From positions 145,142,001 through 145,206,000 of the forward strand of contig NC_059426.1 of NCBI RefSeq assembly GCF_021028975.2: a stretch of DNA of 64,000 nucleotides, read 5' to 3'. Below, one piece after another: positions 51,843-64,000 of the stretch. The DNA is from Sphaerodactylus townsendi. Taxonomy: Eukaryota. Made by a program: the position numbers and the translations under genes. Under the pieces are notes generated by a model. That model was not told the DNA's origin and made no database searches. It saw only the letters and a list, made by a program, of their open reading frames with translations. Each line of letters opens with the position of its first letter. Positions within the stretch are counted from its first letter, which is position 1.

Positions 51843-52021
51843 AAGAAGATAATAGTTTGGATTTATACCCTGCTTTTCTCAACTGTAAGGAGTCTCAAAG
51901 TGGCTTACAAGCTTCTTCCCTTCCTGTCCCTACAAGAGGTTCCTTGAGAGGTAAATGGAGCTGAGAGAGTTTGAAGTAAGTGTGATTAGCCCATGGTCAC
52001 CCAACAGGCTTCATGTGTAGG
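51843..52021 (-). mobile_element. Truncated tRNA-derived SINE
   Basis: Diverged copy of 54478-54789 that ends at a hAT TIR. Confidence 0.75.
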
Positions 52022-52483
52022 CAGTGGCGTAGTGCCCATGGGGGGATGGTGTTATGTAGGTCTTCCCCAAGCAAGCAAATCACAATTTAATGACCTGTTC
52101 ACAGAAAGGCTATAACAAAAAGGGTTCACCCTCCCTGCATCATGATTCTGATCTGAATTCCCCTTCTAGGCCCATAGCTATTGTCCACCTGTAAAAATAA
52201 TTGAGTGGCTCATTCACAGCCATTTTGGCATCTTGTCAAGCATGGTCCTAAAAGGGCAGTATTATGTGCTGAAGGAAATATGTGCATAAAAGAGCAAGCG
52301 AGCAGATATTCAAAACATTTGTTAGGTCTGTCATCTCAGAAATGAAAATATTGTCAAAATATCCAGTGTAAGGAGGTCTGCTTTCACACATGAAGCTTTG
52401 TGTAAAATCAGAAAGCTATTTCGCTCATTATTTCTTTTTTAGATGGACAATCTTAAAATATGTTAAGGGTACGCTAAAGAATA

Positions 52484-52776
52484 GGAGCCCCATGGCTCAG
52501 TGGTAAGCTGCAGTACTGCAATAAAAGCTGTGCTCATGACCTGAAATTTGATCCCACTGGAAGTTGGGTCCAGGTAACGAGTTCAAGGGTGCCTTCCATC
52601 CTTCTGAGGTCAGTAAAATGAGTATGCAGCTTGCTGGGGGTAAAGTGTTGATGTCTCAGGAAGGCAGTGGCAAACCACCTTATAAATAAAGTCTTTCCAG
52701 TAAACATCATGGTATAACATCATCCCATGGGTCAGTAATGACCCAGTGCTTGCACAAGGGAATATCTTTACCTTTT
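52484..52776 (+). mobile_element. Sauria SINE
   Basis: A-box tggctcagtgg; core gccttccatccttctgaggtcagtaaaatgagta; tail ctttacctttt. Confidence 0.8.
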
Positions 52777-54477
52777 TGCTGACACTGAAGAATAGAAAGT
52801 CGAAGGTGACAAATATTTACAAACCTGTGTATCACATACACATGTTATTCCAGGAGCCATTAACGGGCCATAGTTCTACTGTTCAGGTAAACTCATATTT
52901 GCTTCTGTGGAACATGGGAAGTAACCTTGAACATTGGCCAGCTCTGTTCTAGCCCTGAGGTAAGGCCCAGCATCAAAATTGGGCTCAGTCAGTTCTTTGT
53001 CAAGCAATGAGAATCAGTACTATGAAATAAAGGTGCTGTGAAATAATCCATTTGAAAACTTCACAACAGTAAAGTAGAAAATGGGAACTTTATTACTATA
53101 TGGCGGTGAATGCTAAGCTCTCACCCAGGTGTCAAGGGACAAGTTTCTCATTCTAAAATGATACACACACCCTTTGTTAACAGAAAATAAGTGAAAATCA
53201 AGGAAAATCTTTTGAAATTTCTGTTGCTGTTTCCTTTTTTTCTACCTGTTTCCAAATGAACATCTTCAGTATGCTAGAACTGTTCAGTTGCTTAAGGGCT
53301 TTGGATCGACGTGGATTGGCCTCCTCACTTTCAGTTATGAGAGTGGAGAAGCTGTTCCCCAGACCTCGAGTCTGAGGTTCCTCCAAACCGATGTTTTAAT
53401 TGTTTTACACAAATGACATCAGTTTTAGGGAAATGCAGATAAAGTCATGAAAGGCATATTTTCTTCCTTCTGATTTTAAACCCGGTACTAAAAGTAACTA
53501 GAAAAGCACAGTTTTGGTATGAGTTCTCTTTACTGTATTGAGCATACTGAAAGGGAAAAGGGAGTAGTTAAAAAAGAAAAGGAAGTGGCCAAATAGAAAG
53601 GATGTGGTTGTAAGGGAAAGGGGCTATATTGAAGCGGGAAGGGGGCTGAGTTATACTCCTCTGCTCAAAGCCCACACAGTCCTGAAACTCGCCCTGCTTG
53701 AAATGATGTGCTGATTCTCAGCTCCAGCCTGTCTAGGAGGTTGTGGGTGTCGGGAGTCTCCTTTCTGAGCTGGCACTGCCCCCATCACGGCTCTTAATGT
53801 CCCACTTTTTTCGCTGCCTTTAGTTTCTGTCGAGGCAAGCGGCTGCCACTGGCATTGATGAAGTGAAAGGCCTTGATGGGAACGTGGCCTGGAAGAAGGA
53901 GTTCATTTGTCATGAAAAATTATTTCCAATATTTGGAATTACCATATTGCCTCTGGAGATGTTATCTGTGAAATGAGTTCACCCTGTGCTTTGTGCTGAT
54001 CCAGTCCCATTCAGTTGAGAAGCAGGCACCAGTCCAACACTGTACCATATCTTCTCCCCCTAAAGAAAAGAAGAATGACTCTGCATTAATGACTCTCCCT
54101 TAATTTACTCTTCTTCCCCAGTGTGAAGATAGGCAGTCACCCTTTGGACAGATTGATTGATGGGCTGGAGCTGTGGTCTTGTATAGAATGTGGATGCAAA
54201 GGCACAATTGCCATCACTGTTCGGAAAGGTGGCACCTTGAAGGACGCATTGAATTCAGGCATGCTTAGTTTGACTGCTGCCCCATATGTCAGTAATTGGC
54301 AGATTTCACTACTGTGGGTATTAAACCAAAACTAGGCTGCACAGATGACCCACGGTTGAGTGTAGAATTTGGATCGCCTGTGTGACCTTCTAGACGTTTG
54401 ATTAATAAAGAATGAGGATTCATAAACAGTTAAGAATAAACCTTTCTAAGATTTCACCAGCAGTAGCAGTAGCCAGA

Positions 54478-54789
54478 GGAGAAGAAGAAGAAGAGAAGAA
54501 GAGTTTGGATTTATATCCCCCTTTCTCTCCTGTGGGAGACTCAAAGGGGTTTACAATCTCCTTGCCCTTCCCCACTCACATCAAACACCCTGTGAGGTGG
54601 GTGGGGCTGAGAGAGCTCCAAAAAGCTGTGACTAGCCCGAGGTCACCCAGCTGGCGTGTGTGGGAGTGCACAGGCTAATCTGAATTCCCCAGATAAGCCT
54701 CCACAGCTCAGGCGGCAGAACAGGGAATCAAACCCAGTTCCTCCAGATTAGAATGCACCTGCTCTTAACCACTATGCCACTGCTGCTCC
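54478..54789 (-). mobile_element. Full-length young tRNA-derived SINE with (TTC)n tail
   Basis: The reverse complement begins ggagcagcagtggcatagtggttaagag (A-box) with B-box gggtttgattccc; similar copy at 63845. Confidence 0.88.
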
Positions 54790-55068
54790 TTGGACACCTC
54801 CTGGACCCCTTGCTGCAATGTGACTCCATTGGATCAAGGTTCTAGGATGCTTTTTTTACTAGGGAAATTAATGGGTACAGACCACTATTCAGTGTGTGTC
54901 TATGTGGTAAGCTTTTCTGCTTTTTATGACAGCAGGTATACTATGTGTGTCAGGCATGAGGCATTTGTATTTCCCAGCCTTCATCAAAATAAAAGCCAAT
55001 CATGATTGTTATTGAGGGATGCGTATGCCCCTATGGAATTGAAAGGGAGTACATAGTGTGTGTGTATA

Positions 55069-55590
55069 TGTAACCTCAGCTTGTGGGTTCTGTGGGGCAG
55101 TACTTGGAAGGAGTTGCAAAGAACCAAATTTAAACAAAACAGTTTACTTCTCTTTACAAATAGCATTAAACATCAACATTTAACATTACAATTCAAGGTC
55201 CTGTTTAGGTTGCATTTCAAGTCCTTCTAGTTACAGTCTACTGATACTGCCAAGTCCAATTCTTCTTTGCAAGTGGGTTGGCTCCTGAAGACTCCAAGGG
55301 CTTGATGAACAGGATGCAACATGATGAGGGTTTCCAGGAGAACTCTCACCCATTACAACTACAAAAAGAAACCCTGAAACAATAAACTCCAACATTTACA
55401 ACATAGCAAAAACAAACAACTACCTTCCCAGTAGCTCCCAATAATATTGCAAAACAAGGTGTTAAGGGCTTATAGAAATCAAGGTCCGAGTCTGGTAGCC
55501 TTGTCTTCTCCAAAGAGCTCTGCAGCCTTTCTGCTGCTCTGAGTCTCCACCCCCTTACTGGTTCAACCCATTCTGGGCATGGGGGTTACA
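55069..55590 (-). mobile_element. Solo LTR
   Basis: Termini tgtaacc / ggttaca; TSD tata / cata. Confidence 0.75.
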
Positions 55591-56414
55591 CATACATGCA
55601 CTCCAATGTGCATGTACACTGATGTGAGGGGTTGCACAGAGATGTGAAGTGACATCTACCAGAGCTGAAAAACTCCTTTCTGGCAACTGAAAATATGACA
55701 ACTGCACAGAACGAAGGATATCTATTGCATTTTAAAAATGGAACCAGAAAGGAATTCAAATGAGAATTTTGAACGCAGAAGGTGCAGCAGGAAGAGGCCT
55801 TTGTAGAGGCTTATACTTCAGTGATTACCCTGAGATGTGAAACTGTGAAATAGTTCTAGAAAGGGTGTCAGAGAGGGAAGAAAAGGAAGTTTCCATTAAT
55901 ATAAAGGTCACTGTGATGAAATGAGACAAAGAGTTGGGAATGGAACGTCCAAGTAAAGAAGACAGATTATGAGAGCTTGTTGCCAGGTCCTCAGTGCTGC
56001 TACGTCTTGTGTTAACATAGATCTTAATTTTCTGAAACTTTGACCTTTTAGCTGCCAAGTCTTGTGGGTCCTGATTGACTAGCCTGTGATTGCAGCATAA
56101 TTCACTGAATAGTGGTAATGATATTCCTATGCGAGTGGAGAAGGAAATATGATATTTTGATGTACATAGAGGATTGGGAAAAGATGTTCTCAAAGTTATA
56201 TGAAAGGTAACCAAAGGAAGCAGTTATATCATGACATTTAACTGCAGGAATCATAAAACCAGTCACACATCATAGGTAAGGCACAGAACTGTGAATATAC
56301 GTGGTTCATTCTGCACAGCACAAATAAGACGTCCTGAGGACACAAAAGAGGCATCTTGGGGAGGAAGTTCGGACAGCTTTCCCCAAGACATCTTCAGGAT
56401 GCCTTATTTCAACT

Positions 56415-57383
56415 CAATACTAAAGATTAAGGGGAAGGTACACCCACAATGATGATAAGAGAAAATTTGTACCCACCAGGCTGAAGACTAAAAAATCACA
56501 AGGAATTTTATAGCATCATAGCAGTGTTGAAAAATTATTTCAAAGCAATTTTGTATAATACAGGTACATAGGAACACAGTAATTATTTTTTTTCTTTTTT
56601 AACAGCAACAGCTAGCCAGAATCTAGATAATTACTGGCCTCGTGAAACCTTCAAGGCTGTTCTGTAAAACAAAATAAAAAACATGTTACACAAAACATCA
56701 CTATATACAGGGAACATGTTACACAAAACATCACTATATACAGGGAACACCAATTCCAAAACATGAAAATACTTACAAGCAAAGAACAGGGATTTTTTTC
56801 AATGCTCTAACATATAATCTACAGAGAATGATAAGACATCATTAACAATATGAACAGCGTTCAACCAGTGTTTTGTACAGATGAATCATCCTTTGTACAG
56901 ATGAATCATCCTTGGGACTCTTTATGTTTTGGAGTGTTGGCTACTGTTCCAAATATTTCTGAGGATGTTGATATTAAGCTACAACGACTTGAGAGTTTTT
57001 TTTATTTACAGATTGGACACCTTGCAGCCTGCTGGGCTTAACTTAAATATTGACTTCAGACCCTTCTTGTGAGCTTAATTACTTGCACCTGCCTCCCTTG
57101 ACTGTTCTTATAAATTGGTTGCTTCTGTCCTTGGTTTCAAGGGTGAGGTGAGAGGCATAAGAAAAAAACAATCTTGCAGAGTGCGACCCCAACGTGGTAT
57201 ATTTGGGTGCAATAGTTGTTGTTTTTTTGTTTTGTGTGACATGTTTTTTATTTTGTTTTGTACAAAATTTGTATTGTACAAAATTGCTTTGAAATAATTT
57301 TTCAACACTGCTATGATGCTATAAAATTCCTTGTGATTTTTTAGCCTTCAGCCTGGTGGGTAAAAATTTTTCTCTTATCATCA
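56415..57383 (+). mobile_element. Second Penelope-like retroelement with long inverted arms and GIY-YIG remnant
   Basis: Arms 56448-56562 and 57270-57385; 11-bp direct repeat ttatttcaact at 56404-56414 and 57384-57394; frameshift-corrected LQRLESFFIYRLDTLQPAGLNLNIDFRPFL* ends at 57072. Confidence 0.75.
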
Positions 57384-60284
57384 TTATTTCAACTTAAGGC
57401 ATTTTTTTTAATGCTAAAATGTAGACTTTTTTTCCAGGAGGCATCTTTAAGATGTTTCCTGCTTGGCTCTGTGAACACAGAAAGGATATGTGTTATTTTT
57501 CTCACCTTCCTGCCCTTCCTCCATTAGAACACTTATTTACATTTTCACAGTAGCTGTTCCTGCCATTTTCTGCAACTAGAGAGTCCCCACTGCTGCCATT
57601 TGCTGCATTTGTTTTCCATGGAGGTTTCTTCTGCTTGCAGATCATCTGATTGCTATTTCCATGTAAAACATTCATGAATAATGTTTGTTTTCCTGCGCAC
57701 ATGTCGGGTCCCCCCCCCCTTTTTTTTGTTTAGAGGGAGCTGGATTTGTTGCTACAGTGCCATGGATAAGAGAATCATAGCTGCTCAGAGGACAGATCCA
57801 CCTCCCATTACAAAGCATTGGGTAAACCTGGCCTCTGCAGACTGTTTTTGTTGTGTTCACCCAGTACTTCTTAATGGGAGGTAGACCCATTTATAACTCA
57901 GAGGTAATAATATTCTAAATGATGGTAACAATAATAAAAGTAGTAGTAACAGTAATGTTTTTTGCTGCTATGAAAGCCTAATCCTAAACTCTCCAGAGTG
58001 ATTTTTTTGTGCCCACTGAAAATTGTTGTTTTCTAGAGGCTTCCAAATCTAACCAAGGGCTTCTGCACACTTGACCTACTACTGATTTTCTTAGCAGTTG
58101 ATCCACAAGCAGTGGAATTAGTTTCATCACCGTTCTTCTGCATGTCTGCTCTCCCTCTGCATTTTCACAGCTGTGGAATCAGTTAATTTTCTTCTGATAT
58201 GCATTAAATGCTTTTATCATTGGTGGCATCATCAGTAGGGTCACAGCACATGGTCTTTTAATTTTTTTGTATATTTTGGCGTATACTTATATTTATATCA
58301 TAGCTGCATTTAAAAATGATGCTGAAATATTGATATGCTGTTGTAGTTATAGGTTTAGGTTCTCTGAGTCCCTAGCTTTCTTTCCTTTCCTTTCTTTAAA
58401 TAAAATCTCTAGTCCTTGTCCTCATGATGATATGAGGAAAAGGGCATATATTTACAAGTGTGAGGGATAGAGACTTACTTTTTAAAATAAAAGCTGAGAA
58501 TTCAGAGAACCTGCTAAACCTGTCTTTCAACAGTATATAAACATTTTAGTGCCTTTAAAAAAATTAAAAAGAAACTACTTTTCTCCAGGGTGGTGAGGGA
58601 GAGACAGTAGTTTCATGATGATAGACTAATCATCAAAAAGTGGGCTGTGTGTGGGTGGGTGGGACAAAGAAAACTGACAGAAACTTTACACGTGAGGAAA
58701 AAAGTGACTTAAAATAAAGTTCCAGAATAAGGTAAAACTGGTCTTGAAAGAAACAGAAAAAAGGGGACAAAACAAAACAAGTAATGAAAACTAAAGACAT
58801 AGAAATGCAGACAAAAATCAGGGGCTAGACTGAAGCAGTATGCGGCCAGAACTAATCTCCCTCCCCCCACCCCGCCCAAAACCTGCAGAAAAGTCCCAGG
58901 TTTCTTTGTGTGAAGCAAATATGTTGAGACATCAGGACATCATGGTTACTTGCAGAGAAGGACCTAATATCTTTGGGTCTTACAATATTTGAAAAGTTCT
59001 ATAAATAGTCTCCAGTAAAGTAATAGAACTACGACATCCTTTTGTTTACTGTCTCTTGTGATGGAGGTTGCTAATGCTGTGTTTCTATGGGGTCCCAACC
59101 CTTTGCTATTTCTTGAGCTTTAGAGGCCAATCTGGAAAAATGAATGCTTTTCATTGGGAGGCACTTGAGAGTAAAATCCCTGTTAGTTGCTTTAGCTTTA
59201 GAGAGATGCAATCATTGACTGGTCTTATAAAGTGCCATACACAGACTTTTTCCTTTATTTGTATGTCAAAGCTTCTTTTGTGTAGAAACTTGATTGAATT
59301 TATATATCAGCTCGGCAACAATGACAGAATTGCATGACACAAAAGAAGAACATAGCCCTAAACAGTTTTACCAGCTGACCCCTGTCAAGATAATAAGCCT
59401 GAACGCGGTCTTCTGTCTGTAAAAATATGCAGTGGCGACTTGACATCAGAGATTCTCAGTGAAGCTGTGGTGAGTAGTCATCACAGTCACTCCATTCAAT
59501 GTATATTATAAAAAAATGAAAGGCAAGACCATATAATGTGCTTCAAGTAATAGGTTCCCTGGCCTATATACCCAAAGCATTAAGGAGACAGTGTCAAATA
59601 GTTTCTACCAAAGCCTGATGAACAATACTTGAGACAAGAAGAAGAAAAATGATCAGAACAGGTGCTAGCAACATGTTTAACAGAGCTGAATATATAACAC
59701 TTAGCAGTATGATGACTTAAGGCTGCAGATAGGCTATACTTAGCCTGTAAAATGCATGGAGTCTTCTGTCATCCTGTGGTTATTAAACCGTGGGTTTGAT
59801 AAGAATTTGATGAGGTTTTAACTCTGACCTTTGCTCCCCCCCCCTTCTCACAGAGGTAGGGAAAAGAGAAGAGAGGATAGAGATGCCAGACTCCCTCCTC
59901 TTCTCCACTTCACCCTGCTGCCTCATTAGTTCCTAGGGTTTCCACTTGCTCCCAGGTACCATCGGTACAGGAGGCATTGAGTGCTCATTGGCTTCCAGAT
60001 CTGCACCATTTGGACAATCTGCTGCACTGTAGTGATGGGTCCTAAAAAATGAAAGTAAAGTTAGAAGTGGATTCCACTTCAGAAAGTATGAGAATAATTG
60101 GTCTTGTCCATTTACTTCTTTCTTGATCAAGCATCCACAAATATATGATCGGTGTCCTGCACAACTTTTGCGTCTAGTTATATGGCCATTATGTTTCCTT
60201 ACAGGATCCAAAGAGTTTTGAGTTATTATCCATGAATCCAAGGGGACCTTAGAATAGTGTTCCAAGAATGATTATCATCTATGT

Positions 60285-60438
60285 CAGTGATTCCCAACCT
60301 AGTGTATGCCTACCCCCAGGAGTATGCACCAGAGTGTTTGGGAGTGCCCAGAATAATTACATAATGGGTTTCCTAATATGGGGGTACAGTTTTAGGGAAA
60401 TGGGCTGCCAAAAGATGAAAAAAGGTTAGAAACCCCTG
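60285..60438. mobile_element. hAT-Charlie-like MITE
   Basis: TIRs cagtgattcccaacct / aggttagaaacccctg; TSD atctatgt / atctacat. Confidence 0.7.
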
Positions 60439-60799
60439 ATCTACATGTCAAATGACAAGCTACTTCTGACATTGTGGAAAGTTTGTTGTAAGCTGGCACA
60501 GAGTTCAGCTAGCCAAGAGGAGGAGGATCAAAATTATGTTGGTCTAGCATAAGCCCTTTGCACATGGTTAGGTGCCATCTTGGATTGTGACCCACATTAC
60601 GTGAAGTTAGAATACTGTCTATTCAGACCTGCAGCTGCTCTCCAAGGTATCAGGTCTTCCCATCACCAACTATCTGATCCTTAAAAGAACAATCCCCTCC
60701 CCCAAATCCCTCCCGGAGATGTCAGGAACTGAACCTGGGATTTTCTACATCCATGTCTGATAGTTTAGGTGAGTATCTGTTGGTCTGCAGTAGGAGAGC

Positions 60800-60920
60800 A
60801 ACATTTGAGTCAGATAGCACCTTAAAGACCCACATGATTTCCAGGTTATAAGCTTTTGAGAATCAAATCTCCCTTCATCAGATACAGGTAGGAAAGGATA
60901 TTTCTCAGCCTTTATATTCA
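60800..60920 (-). mobile_element. Penelope-like terminal fragment with degenerate hammerhead
   Basis: The reverse complement reads tCTGATGAagggagatttgattctcAAAAgctta: CUGAUGA box present, GAAA mutated. Confidence 0.6.
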
Positions 60921-61999
60921 AAATAGAAGGTGCAAAGAGGGAGTACCGCACAATGCGCCAAAGCATTTCTCCCTTTCTCTAATTGAGCTGATTACATTTT
61001 GTGTTGTACCTTTTCTTCTGGAGGTCAGAAAGATCCAGGCTTCTATCAGGTTTCCCTTCATATTCTTCTATGAGGGAAGATTTTGTGACAGTGAGAAAAA
61101 AAATGAATAAGAATAATAAAACTTCATTTTAATGTGAAAGAGGCTGCACTGTGCAATTTTTATTGCTCAATTAATTTGTCAGTTGTGAACTTAATTTATA
61201 ATGCTTCGCGCTGTGTTACAAAACGCACATAAAATAGCAAAGTGGGACCTGACCAGATTAGTTGAGAAGTGAATGAGCAGCAAGAACCATTCATCTGATA
61301 CAGGATAATGGTGATTGTAATAAGAGGTTCTTCTATAAGTCAATCCCCCTTTTCAGTATTAGTCATGAAGACTAAATATATACTGTTTTGATTCTGAAGC
61401 CATCGTATCTCTAGTTAGGAAATTCCTGGAGGTTAGGGGTGGAGCCTGTGGAGGCTGGAAAAAGGGATGAGGCTACATAGGAATCCAGTCTCTAAAGCAG
61501 CCATTTGCCTCAGGGGAATTGATCTTTATATTGTGCATATCAGATGTAATTCCAGGGGAATTCCAGGCCCCACGTGGAGGTTGGCAACACTGTCTCTATG
61601 GCTTTGGCTACTCTTATTGCCTCATTCCTGATACCTCATCCCAGAACAAATGCTTTAGCACTTATGATTAGAATATATAGTCCTGGTTTTTTTTTTTTAA
61701 AATAAACAGTGTTCTCCTGAACCATTCTATTATACTACAGTCATATTTCTTTTATAAAAATGCTCACCTGAACACAGTCTGTCAAATGAGAAGTCTGGGA
61801 GCCTTCCTGACTTCTTCGGACCAGTTATTCCACAAATTTGGAGACACGAGATAATACACGTGCACAGTCATCTTGCTCTTTTAAATGGTAGCGCTTTCAG
61901 AAGACTTTGTTCAAATAAGTAAAGTTACAGCACTGCTGGTTCCTTTTGAATTTAAGGAATACTTTGGCACAGGTGAGGATGTGAATTTTATGTCCTTCA

Positions 62000-62358
62000 T
62001 TAGTAACATTTTCCATTGTTGAAGAGTTATTCCTCAAAATTTTGCATCGTCATACATGATTTAACTTGTTCTGTTTCTATATCAAATTCTTGGGTTTTCC
62101 CCATTCCATATGAACTTATTTGTTTCTGCCATTCATTCAAAGTTTTTTTTCCCTATATCTCAACTAGGAACATCTGCAATTTTAAAAAGTTTACTTTTGG
62201 TAGTACGTTCATTTTTATTGTAGAAATTTTTCCTAGCCATGAGATTTTTCGTTTAGACCATCTCTGCATGTCCTCTTGTATCATTACCCACATTGCTTTG
62301 TAGTTGTCTTTGAATAGTATATCATTTTGCCCACTCAGGTTTATTCTCAAGTATTCAA
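62000..62358 (-). mobile_element. L1-clade LINE ORF2 fragment
   Basis: Translates YLRINLS...DNYKAMW...DMQRWSKRKISWLGKISTIKMNVLPKVNFL, the L1 post-RT motif. Confidence 0.85.
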
Positions 62359-63844
62359 CTGGAAGTCATGTGTTTGTAATTTGGTTGCTGGCTGAATCAT
62401 GACATCAACCTCTAAGGGTCCAAAACATTTTCCCCAGTATATTCCAGGTTCAAGTTTTAAAATTCTGGATTTTTTTTTGAAAATTTGGAAAAACCTGGAT
62501 GGTAGGAAGGAAAAGGAATGGATGGTGGGGGATTGGGGAAAGGGACTTTGTCCTTTTTTCCCTCCAAGGGATGTTTAATTACAGTTTCTTGTTTTTATTA
62601 GTAAAGGGAAAAAAACCCAGTTGATGAGGCCAAGAGGATACTTAGTAATATCTGTCCCCTAAATGAAATATTTTGTATTGTCTGTTTCTAAAACCAAATG
62701 AAAACAATTTGGGGGGAGAAATTCATAATTTTTCAGGTCTATTAAACTAGATCCCCCCAAATTTCAAGCTGGTTCCAAAGCCCACATGGATCTTGGAGGC
62801 AGAAGGCAGTGCAGGGCTGAATGCTGGGCCTGGCACTACCTGCCATCTCTGAGTTTACATGGACTTTAGAAGCAGCAGCCCAGAGCTGAGTACTGGGCTC
62901 ACATCCAGCTTTATGCTGCTGCCTCCCAAGTCCATGTGCTCCATCTGCCGCCTCTGATCCCACGTGGACATTGGAAGTGATGGGGCAGAATTTAATTCCG
63001 GGCTTGGCTGGGTCCAGCATTCAGTTCTACAGCATTGCTGTCTTGGAGCCCATGTGAGCTTTGGAATCAGTGGTTGTGATCAGCCAGTGAGGGGGAGGGA
63101 GGAGAGGGGTTTGGCCCATCTTTTCAAAAATGGCAGTAGAGCTGAAGCAGCTCAAAAAATACTGGAACAAAATGACATTTTTCAGGACTCTCTTTTAGAC
63201 TCCCTTATATTACTGACATTTTTCCAGAATCCCCCCCCCCCCCCGCATCCCACCCCAAATACCAATAAGGTATTTTGGGTTTTTTTGTCTGTTTGTTTTG
63301 ACTTTGCCAAAAGCACACACACCTATTAAATATTGTGTGTTCCTGGGTAAGTTCCTTTAGCTCCTCTACCATCTTCCCACTCCCAAAAAACCTTTTGCAT
63401 ATTCCCCACACCGAGACTGGTACAGTAACTATGCTATGAATTGTATAATTGCTGTCATTTTCTAAACTGCTCTTGAAACGGGGCATAAAAGCCTAACATT
63501 TTCTAAAATAGGGTCACCTGCTGGTACAAAATTTTGGTTCCTTTCTTGAATTCAATGAAAAGCCATCTGCAAAGCAAGGAGGTCGTTCTCTTGCCTTGTG
63601 AGAAAATGTGTCCATTTCCTAGTGGAAAAACTATATCTGTCGTAGTCTTCTGAGAGACCCCTTTATACTCCATATAGCCCCCCTAAAATGCCAGCAAGCA
63701 CATGATCTTCCTTGATGAATTTTCATCTCACAGTAATGCTGTGGAACTAATGGGTCTTTAGTGGCTATAATGTAAAAAAAGCCAAACCTGTAACTATGAA
63801 TGATCTGGTTAGTAGTTGGAGAGTCAGCATGCTGTAGTGGTAAA

Positions 63845-64000
63845 GAGAAGAAGAAGAGTTTGGATTTATATCTCCCCTTTCTCTCCTATAAGGAGACTCA
63901 AAGGGGTTTACAATCTCCTTTCCCTTCCACTCCCCCCCCCCCCACAACAAGCACCCTGTGAGGTGGGTGGGGCTGAGAGAGCTCTGAGGAACTGTGACTA
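63845..64000 (-). mobile_element. tRNA-derived SINE (same family as 54478), cut by the window end
   Basis: High identity to 54490-54635. Confidence 0.88.

Noticed and set aside
57305-57345. SECIS-like ATGA...AA...GA in the PLE arm
   Set aside because: Spacing between ATGA and the AA motif is too short for a SECIS helix II.
1-64000. Additional NRXN3 exons (upstream LNS2 exon, downstream LNS4 exon, beta promoter)
   Set aside because: No matching peptide found by eye or in the ORF track; micro-exons or an exon within the gap cannot be excluded.

Overview
Eukaryotic (vertebrate) genomic DNA. The repeat landscape points to a squamate reptile, probably a gecko (inference from Sauria SINE, 5S-headed SINEs, L2/CR1/L1, Penelope-like elements and hAT/Harbinger/Tc-mariner MITEs). 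The window lies inside the neurexin-3 alpha gene (NRXN3, + strand). It holds two internal coding exons, 26112-26550 (439 nt) and 28131-28514 (384 nt), encoding the end of LNS2, all of LNS3 and EGF-B. The rest appears to be intron filled with transposable-element remnants, several with verifiable TIRs/TSDs, plus a 374-N assembly gap. Most ORFs in the track are spurious. Most notable observations: (1) an Arg>Leu change in the conserved LNS 'F-R-T' motif of NRXN3; (2) two different Penelope-like retroelements with inverted-arm-plus-tail architecture, one with a recognisable hammerhead ribozyme and one with a GIY-YIG C-terminus hidden by a frameshift; (3) a 5' U2 snRNA fragment captured inside an L2 element; (4) a CpG-rich DIRS/Ngaro-like insertion; (5) several solo LTRs. 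I found no convincing wholly new biological system. Repeat family names come from motif recall, not a database search.
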